Shown here one piece after another: positions 34,260 to 40,356 of a stretch of 40,356 nt of DNA. A model generated the notes under the pieces. The model worked only from the letters and a program-made list of their open reading frames with translations. It searched no databases and had not been told where the DNA came from. The position numbers and the translations under genes were made by a program. How positions within the stretch are numbered: the stretch's first letter is position 1; each line of letters starts with the position of its first letter. The stretch comes from a bacterium (GTDB lineage: Bacteria; Bacillota_I; Bacilli_A; RFN20; CAG-826): the NCBI GenBank assembly GCA_004561785.1, contig SFUB01000002.1, positions 1 through 40,356 on the forward strand, given 5' to 3'.

Positions 34260-35717
34260 ATGCTACCGAACATTTCCAAGAAAACGAAAATCGTCTGCAC
34301 CATCGGACCTGCCTCTCAAACCAAAGAGATGATCCTAAAGCTATACGCCTCCGGAATGAACGTCATGCGCGTCAATTTTTCCCACGGCGATCACGAAGAA
34401 CAGCTTGGGAAGATCAAAATCGCCCGCCAGCTCGAAAACGAAGGCATCTATTTGCCCGTCTGCTTGGACACCAAAGGGCCTGAGATTCGGACCGGCTATA
34501 TGCAAAAGGGCGGTGTCCCCGTGCAAGCGGGCCAGAGGATGAAGATCCTCATGGAAAACGTCGTTGGGGACGAGAAGCAATTCTCCGTCACCTATTCCGG
34601 GCTTTACGAAGACGTGAAGCCGGGCGACCACATCCTCATCGATGACGGGGAACTCGATTTGGAGGTCATCGGCAAGGATTCCAACGACCGTTCCATCTTG
34701 GTCGAAGCCAAGAACGACCATCTCCTGAAAGACCAGAAGGGAGTCAACTGCCCCTTCTCGCGCCTTTCGATGCCCTTCATATCGAAGCAGGATGAGAAAG
34801 ACCTCGCCTTTGGCGTAGAACAACACGTCGACGCGATCTTCGCCTCCTTCACTAGGCGGCCAGAGGATATCTTGGACATCAAGAGGGTCCTCGCCAAATA
34901 CGGGGACGCGGACATCCCCGTCTTCGCCAAAATCGAGAACCCGGAAGGGGTCAGCAAAATCGATCAGATCATCGATGTCGCAGACGGGGTCATGGTGGCC
35001 CGCGGAGATCTCGGGGTCGAAGTCCCTCCGGAAGAGGTCCCAGTCATCCAAAGGCACATCATCAAACGTTGCCGCCAAAAGGGGAAGCCAGTCATCACGG
35101 CCACCCAGATGCTCGACTCCATGCAAAAGAACCCCCGCCCCACCCGGGCCGAGGTCAGCGACGTGGCGACCGCGATCGAGGAAAGCAGCGACTGCGTGAT
35201 GCTCTCAGGCGAATCCGCCTCCGGAAAATACCCCGTCTTTGCAGTGGAAATGCAGGCGAAGATCTCTGCGACCATGGAGAAATACCTGAATTACGAAGAG
35301 CTTGCCAAAGAAGCTTACGACACCAGCGAGCATTCCAATAACGACGCTATCTCCAACGCGGTCGCCAACACCGCTTTGCTCGTCGGGGCCAAGCTCATCA
35401 TCAACTTCACCGAATCCGGGAAGTCCACGGCCCGCATCAGCAAAGCGAGGCCCTGCTGCCCAATCATCTCGATTACCAATTGCCGCAGAACCGCTTTGCG
35501 TTCCGGCTGGCTTTGGGGCGTTTACAGCGTTTTGCTTAAGACCTCCATGCCCGACTTCATCGAGGAGATGGAAGTCCTCGCGCTTAAAATCGCAAGGAAT
35601 CTAGGCATCCCCGCCGGCTCCCCCATCATCATTGTCGGAGGCACCCCGACGGGAGTTGGGAAAACAAACTTCATGCGCATCGTCGAAGTGAACGACATCA
35701 CGAGGTTCGCCAAATGA
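34260..35717 (+). CDS. pyk: Pyruvate kinase
   Basis: It starts MLPNISKKTKIVCTIGPAS and carries MNVMRVNFSHG, LDTKGPEIR, MVARGDLGVE and ATQMLDSM. The start is set at ATG 34260 with GAGGAG upstream; the track start at 34242 is TTG. Confidence 0.95.
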   Translation: MLPNISKKTKIVCTIGPASQTKEMILKLYASGMNVMRVNFSHGDHEEQLGKIKIARQLENEGIYLPVCLDTKGPEIRTGYMQKGGVPVQAGQRMKILMENVVGDEKQFSVTYSGLYEDVKPGDHILIDDGELDLEVIGKDSNDRSILVEAKNDHLLKDQKGVNCPFSRLSMPFISKQDEKDLAFGVEQHVDAIFASFTRRPEDILDIKRVLAKYGDADIPVFAKIENPEGVSKIDQIIDVADGVMVARGDLGVEVPPEEVPVIQRHIIKRCRQKGKPVITATQMLDSMQKNPRPTRAEVSDVATAIEESSDCVMLSGESASGKYPVFAVEMQAKISATMEKYLNYEELAKEAYDTSEHSNNDAISNAVANTALLVGAKLIINFTESGKSTARISKARPCCPIISITNCRRTALRSGWLWGVYSVLLKTSMPDFIEEMEVLALKIARNLGIPAGSPIIIVGGTPTGVGKTNFMRIVEVNDITRFAK

Positions 35718-36553
35718 GAAAAGCCATCGGATTAGATATCGGCGGCACCAACACCAGGGCCGCGTTGATCAATGAGGATTATTCCATCGAGAAGATCGTT
35801 ATCCACGATACAGTCTCGGGGAGCTTAGAGGCATTCCTTGAATCCGTCTCCAGCATCATCGAAGAGCTCTGCCCCGACCGCAAAGAGGTCGTCGCCATCG
35901 CCGGAGGCGTCCCCGGCAGGGTTCGCCACGATGGCTACATCTACGCCCTTCCGAACATCCACATTGACTCGATCCCTTTGCAGGAATACCTCGAAAAACG
36001 GTTTTTCTTGCCCGCTAAGATCATTAACGACGCAGAAGTCGCCTCTTTGGCGGAAGCGAACGTTGGTCCTTATAAGGACGCAAAATCCCTCTATTTCGTG
36101 ACGATTTCCACCGGAGTAGGCGGGGCGCTCACCATCAACGGGGAATTGAGGAATTCCTCCTACGAAGTCGGGCACACCCTCTTCGAATACAAAGGCAAGA
36201 ACTACGAGTTCGAGAAGATCGCCTCCGGCACCGGGATCAAAACCCTCTGCGAGTTGAACGGGATCAAAATCGCCTCAGCGAAACAGTTCTTCGACGGGGT
36301 CCGGGAAGGCAAAAAGGATTTCCTTCCTGTCTACGAAGACTGGATCGATCTCCTATCACGCTTCTTCAAGATGATCCAATCTCTCTTCGAGCCGGAGATC
36401 ATCGCCCTCACCGGAGGAGTCATGAAAAGCAGCGACCTCTTCTTTGAGAAACTGAAATCCGCTTGTCCGAATAGTCGTCTTCTCCCTTGCTCCCACGGGC
36501 AGGAGGCCGGCTTATTGGGAGCCGGGGTCTTGGCCTTCCAAAGCCTTAGCTAA
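35714..36553 (+). CDS. ROK-family sugar kinase (glucokinase-like), short form without the Cys zinc motif
   Basis: It carries KAIGLDIGGTNTR, INDAEVASLAE, TISTGVGGA and EVGHT, but no CxCGxxGC. Its ATG overlaps the pyk TGA (ATGA at 35714..35717). Confidence 0.75.
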   Translation: MRKAIGLDIGGTNTRAALINEDYSIEKIVIHDTVSGSLEAFLESVSSIIEELCPDRKEVVAIAGGVPGRVRHDGYIYALPNIHIDSIPLQEYLEKRFFLPAKIINDAEVASLAEANVGPYKDAKSLYFVTISTGVGGALTINGELRNSSYEVGHTLFEYKGKNYEFEKIASGTGIKTLCELNGIKIASAKQFFDGVREGKKDFLPVYEDWIDLLSRFFKMIQSLFEPEIIALTGGVMKSSDLFFEKLKSACPNSRLLPCSHGQEAGLLGAGVLAFQSLS

Positions 36554-36560
36554 TCAACCC

Positions 36561-37511
36561 CTAAGCCTGGGCGATCCCCAGGCTTTTCTTTATATAAGGA
36601 AAGTAGAAGGCGAAGGCGCAGTCGATCGCGCCCACCCCAAGCAAGAAGCCGAAGACAGAGTCGGTGAGGTTATGATCGCCGAGGAAGACCCGGGAGAATC
36701 CGACGGTCGCCCCGAAGAGATAGCAAACTAAGCGGAGGGGAAGGCTGAATTTCCTTTCTTTGCCGAACAAGACCGGGAGATAAGCGACCCCAAGCACCCC
36801 GACCGCATTCATTGTGTGGCCGCTTGGAAAGGAGAAGAAATCGTCCATCGCATAGTTTACCCCCGCTTCATTGAGGTCGGATAGGTAATTGGATTTCGCG
36901 AATAGGGTCTGGAAAGCATACCAAGGCCGCCAATGGGAGGCGAGCGCTTCGCCTTCATAGACTTGGACAAGGAGGCGGTAACGGGGGCGGAAGGCGATCA
37001 TTTTCAGAAGGTTCATGAGGACCAAGATCCCAAGATAGGCCATCACGATGCAGGCGCCGTAGGCAAACGCCAATTTGTTGTCGGAGAGTTTCTTCTTCGT
37101 CCAATAGGCGAATGGGAAGGCAAGCAGGAAATAGGGAATCCCGAAGGCGAGGAACAAAGCATACTTGACGATCCCGTGCCAGGGCTTTCCGAGGAGACGG
37201 TTCATGTAGGAGGTGAATTGTCCGCCTCCGTAGATCGATAATGCGACGATCAAAGCAATCGTCAAGACCAGCAAAACCGTGTTTTTCTTGCTTTTGGTTT
37301 TGTCGCGGAAGAATAGCATCAGGCTCGCCGAATAAATCGCAAGGAGCTGGAACGGGGCCTCTCCCAAGAGATAGAAGATTCTCCCGAAAAAGGAAGCAGG
37401 CTCATACAAAGAGGTGGTCAAAGAATAGTCGAAGAAAGTGAGGACGACCAATAAGGCGGTGAACCCCGCATAGACCAAGATGCGTTCCAGCTTGCTCAAA
37501 TTGAACGTCAT
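36561..37511 (-). CDS. PAP2-superfamily membrane phosphatase
   Basis: It has multiple TM segments. The PAP2 motifs are FRPRYR (KxxxxxxRP-like), SFPSGHT and SRVFLGDHNLTD (SRxxxxxHxxxD). Its ATG overlaps the stop of the acetyltransferase gene (ATGA). Confidence 0.78.
   Translation of the reverse strand: MTFNLSKLERILVYAGFTALLVVLTFFDYSLTTSLYEPASFFGRIFYLLGEAPFQLLAIYSASLMLFFRDKTKSKKNTVLLVLTIALIVALSIYGGGQFTSYMNRLLGKPWHGIVKYALFLAFGIPYFLLAFPFAYWTKKKLSDNKLAFAYGACIVMAYLGILVLMNLLKMIAFRPRYRLLVQVYEGEALASHWRPWYAFQTLFAKSNYLSDLNEAGVNYAMDDFFSFPSGHTMNAVGVLGVAYLPVLFGKERKFSLPLRLVCYLFGATVGFSRVFLGDHNLTDSVFGFLLGVGAIDCAFAFYFPYIKKSLGIAQA
36564..36590 (+). terminator. Rho-independent terminator of the pfkA-pyk-ROK operon, embedded in the 3' end of the convergent PAP2 gene
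   Basis: AGCCTGGG-CGATC-CCCAGGCT followed by TTTCTTTAT. Confidence 0.6.
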
Positions 37512-38122
37512 AGGATCTCCTTTTTGAGGAGGATGCTGTCCTCAGGGGCGATTTTTCGTATGACCCGGCAAGGGTTGCCCGCGGCGAGGCAATCGTCGGG
37601 GATGTCGTGGAGGACGACGGACCCCATGCCGATGACGCAGCGTTTTCCTATTTTAACCCCAGGGCCGACGCTCACGCTTCCGGCGATCCAAGTCCCGTCC
37701 CCCACTTCGATCGGAGCGGCATATTCTTTGTCGGTCCAAACGCCGTTTTCCTTTTGGTAGGTTTTTCTTTCCTCGGAGAGCAAGGGGTGAAGGGGCGTGT
37801 AGAAGCTCACGTTGGGGCCAACGAAGACATCGTCCCCCAAAGTCACGGGGCAAGTGTCGAGGACTTTGATCCCAAAATTGATGAAGCCCCGCTTCCCCAT
37901 ATGGAAATTGACCCCGTAATCAAACTGGACGGGGGCCAAGACAAAGGAAGTGGAATCGACGTTGGGAAGGAGTTCCTTCCGAATTTCCATCAATTTTGGG
38001 TCTTCTTCGTCCAGGGAGTTGTAGATACGGCAAAGCCGATGGGCCTTCACCCTCATTTCGGCTAGTTCGGGCACGCTCGAATCGTAGATGCGGCCCTGCA
38101 GCATTTTTTCTGTTTCGGTCAT
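37508..38122 (-). CDS. maa: Maltose/galactoside O-acetyltransferase-like hexapeptide-repeat transferase
   Basis: The N-terminal Mac domain is EKMLQGRIYDSS...RLCRIYN. It carries left-handed beta-helix repeats and a C-terminus LHDIPDDCLAAGNPCRVIRKI that parallels E. coli Maa. Confidence 0.82.
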   Translation of the reverse strand: MTETEKMLQGRIYDSSVPELAEMRVKAHRLCRIYNSLDEEDPKLMEIRKELLPNVDSTSFVLAPVQFDYGVNFHMGKRGFINFGIKVLDTCPVTLGDDVFVGPNVSFYTPLHPLLSEERKTYQKENGVWTDKEYAAPIEVGDGTWIAGSVSVGPGVKIGKRCVIGMGSVVLHDIPDDCLAAGNPCRVIRKIAPEDSILLKKEIL

Positions 38123-38128
38123 AAGGAC

Positions 38129-38157
38129 ATTGTAGAGAACAAGAAAAGGCCCTTCAA
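38129..38157 (-). promoter_or_regulatory. Candidate promoter TTGAAG-17-TACAAT, 6 nt upstream of the maa ATG (leaderless candidate)
   Basis: The rc of 38152..38157 is TTGAAG and the rc of 38129..38134 is TACAAT. Only GTCCTT separates the -10 from the ATG at 38122, and there is no SD. The -35 lies inside the eno terminator hairpin. Confidence 0.5.
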
Positions 38158-38168
38158 GCGAAGGGCCT
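38141..38168 (-). terminator. Rho-independent terminator after eno
   Basis: The minus strand reads AGGCCCTTC-GCTT-GAAGGGCCT followed by TTTTCTTGTT. Confidence 0.7.
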
Positions 38169-38187
38169 GGAATCCAATGGGATTCTC

Positions 38188-39624
<1,437 letters not shown>

Positions 39625-39710
39625 TTAAGTGGCGAAATAACGTACAAAAAGAGAAATGTTTTCTCCTTTCTTCGTTTTAAGGCTAAACTTTTGCAAGGAG
39701 GCTTTCTTTC

Positions 39711-40115
39711 ATGAAAAAAGCATTGAACATCACATCTCTCGTCTTCGGAATTCTCGGCGTCCTCTCCGTCATCGCCTTTCTGATTCTCGGTACGGTTTTC
39801 TTGGTCAGCGCCGATCCTTTGGCTAGAGCGATCGTCGATCAGGCCATTCAGGCCGATTCGACCGTCGACGCCGAAGCCCTTTATGAGAGCACCCTTGTCG
39901 TTTTCAGCGCTTGTGGAACCGCCTTTGTGGTTATGGGCGCCATCGGCATCGCCGGCACCGCTCTCTGCTTCGTGCTGCACCACATGTCCAGCAAACCCGT
40001 GGCGAGCCGCTCGACCCTCATCACCCTCGGGGTCCTGACCGTCCTCTTCGGAGTCAACGGGCAGATCGTGCCCGGGGTTCTGGCGATCGTCCACGGCGCG
40101 AAAAACGGCCAGTGA
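39711..40115 (+). CDS. Small hypothetical membrane protein (3-4 TM segments)
   Basis: The 134-aa ORF has AAGGAGG upstream, hydrophobic segments (LVFGILGVLSVIAFLILGTVFLV, TAFVVMGAIGIAGTALCFVL, LITLGVLTVLFGV) and a terminator downstream. Confidence 0.55.
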   Translation: MKKALNITSLVFGILGVLSVIAFLILGTVFLVSADPLARAIVDQAIQADSTVDAEALYESTLVVFSACGTAFVVMGAIGIAGTALCFVLHHMSSKPVASRSTLITLGVLTVLFGVNGQIVPGVLAIVHGAKNGQ

Positions 40116-40131
40116 GCCAAGCCCTAAGATG

Positions 40132-40159
40132 GGCCGCCCCTAGGCGGCCTTTTCTTTTT
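40132..40159 (+). terminator. Rho-independent terminator after the small membrane protein gene
   Basis: GGCCGCC-CCTA-GGCGGCC followed by TTTTCTTTTT. Confidence 0.7.
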
Positions 40160-40254
40160 GCTCGGGCCGCCCCAATCTCCCAACTTTTTCGCCTTTTCTT
40201 GCGCAGCGGACAAAAAGGAGCTGACCGCTTCTTCCGTCGGGGCTTTTCCAAGTC

Positions 40255-40356
40255 ATGCCTATTAAGAGGAAAGAGGAGGAACCCCATGCCCACATCTCCT
40301 ACCCCCATTGCGGCATCGTCTTCGCCATCGACGAATCCGAATGTGCAGAGCTTCTC
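40255..40356 (+). CDS. Partial CDS (5' end only), possibly a DUF2130-like protein
   Basis: The frame from ATG 40255 reads MPIKRKEEEPHAHISYPHCGIVFAIDESECAELL and is open to the window end. The motif xxCPHCGxxFxIDES is reminiscent of the DUF2130 N-terminus as I recall it. There is no clear SD, so the start is uncertain. Confidence 0.35.
   Translation, partial: MPIKRKEEEPHAHISYPHCGIVFAIDESECAELL

Noticed and set aside
34341-35126. 261-aa minus-strand ORF antisense to pyk, plus many 60-175-aa ORFs nested in or opposite other genes (for example 4063..4584, 4257..5012, 5037..5564, 9215..9604, 20486..20992, 32330..33202)
   Set aside because: They overlap strongly supported genes, are enriched in Arg, Gly or Pro, and lack start signals. 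I treat them as frame noise from a GC-rich genome.
35799-35807. DnaA-box-like TTATCCACG inside the ROK kinase gene
   Set aside because: It is a single 8/9 match inside coding sequence, which is expected by chance in 40 kb.

Overview
The window is about 40.4 kb of compact bacterial chromosome. No searches were run. All family calls come from recognising motifs in the supplied translations plus hand-reading of the intergenic DNA. Most of it is moderately GC-rich (about 48-57% in the 60-nt lines I counted) and carries housekeeping genes.

Gene content, left to right:
- A minus-strand carbohydrate-type locus: lipoprotein solute-binding protein, fused double-domain ABC permease, ROK-like kinase, small membrane protein, PucR-type HTH regulator and a GH30 glycosidase.
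- A heterodimeric ABC exporter pair.
- Class II fructose-bisphosphate aldolase and an RDD-family membrane protein.
- glgB-glgP, then ackA-nrnA.
- An AAA/DUF4143-type ATPase followed by an alpha/beta hydrolase.
- dnaE-polA and a fused fpg(mutM)-coaE gene.
- Bacillus-type dnaB-dnaI (helicase loading).
- pfkA-pyk plus a ROK sugar kinase.
- A PAP2 phosphatase, maa-like acetyltransferase, enolase, a small membrane protein, and a partial DUF2130-like ORF at the right edge.

The gene order (dnaE / polA-mutM-coaE / dnaB-dnaI / pfkA-pyk) looks like a collapsed version of the Bacillus subtilis arrangement. That points to a Bacillota/Bacilli-type, possibly genome-reduced, organism, but the taxon cannot be fixed from here.

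I found no rRNA, tRNA, CRISPR array, transposase or integrase. I also cannot point to a clear-cut novel multi-gene system such as a defence island.

Observations most worth a second look:
1. An abrupt drop to about 27-30% GC exactly at the start codon of a truncated 3D/RlpA-like gene at the left edge.
2. A recurring promoter layout in which a -10 box sits 6-9 nt upstream of an ATG with no Shine-Dalgarno sequence. There are seven candidate leaderless genes, alongside strongly SD-led genes.
3. A 43-bp imperfect tandem repeat, each copy ending in the DnaA-box variant TTTTCCACA, just upstream of the dnaB-dnaI operon.
4. An in-frame Fpg-CoaE fusion.
5. An ABC importer locus with no ATPase gene, whose ROK-like protein carries an unrecognised N-terminal domain of about 135 aa.
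6. An AAA/DUF4143 ATPase with substituted nuclease-motif residues, translationally coupled to a membrane-anchored hydrolase.

The many long antisense ORFs in the supplied track are treated as GC-driven artefacts.
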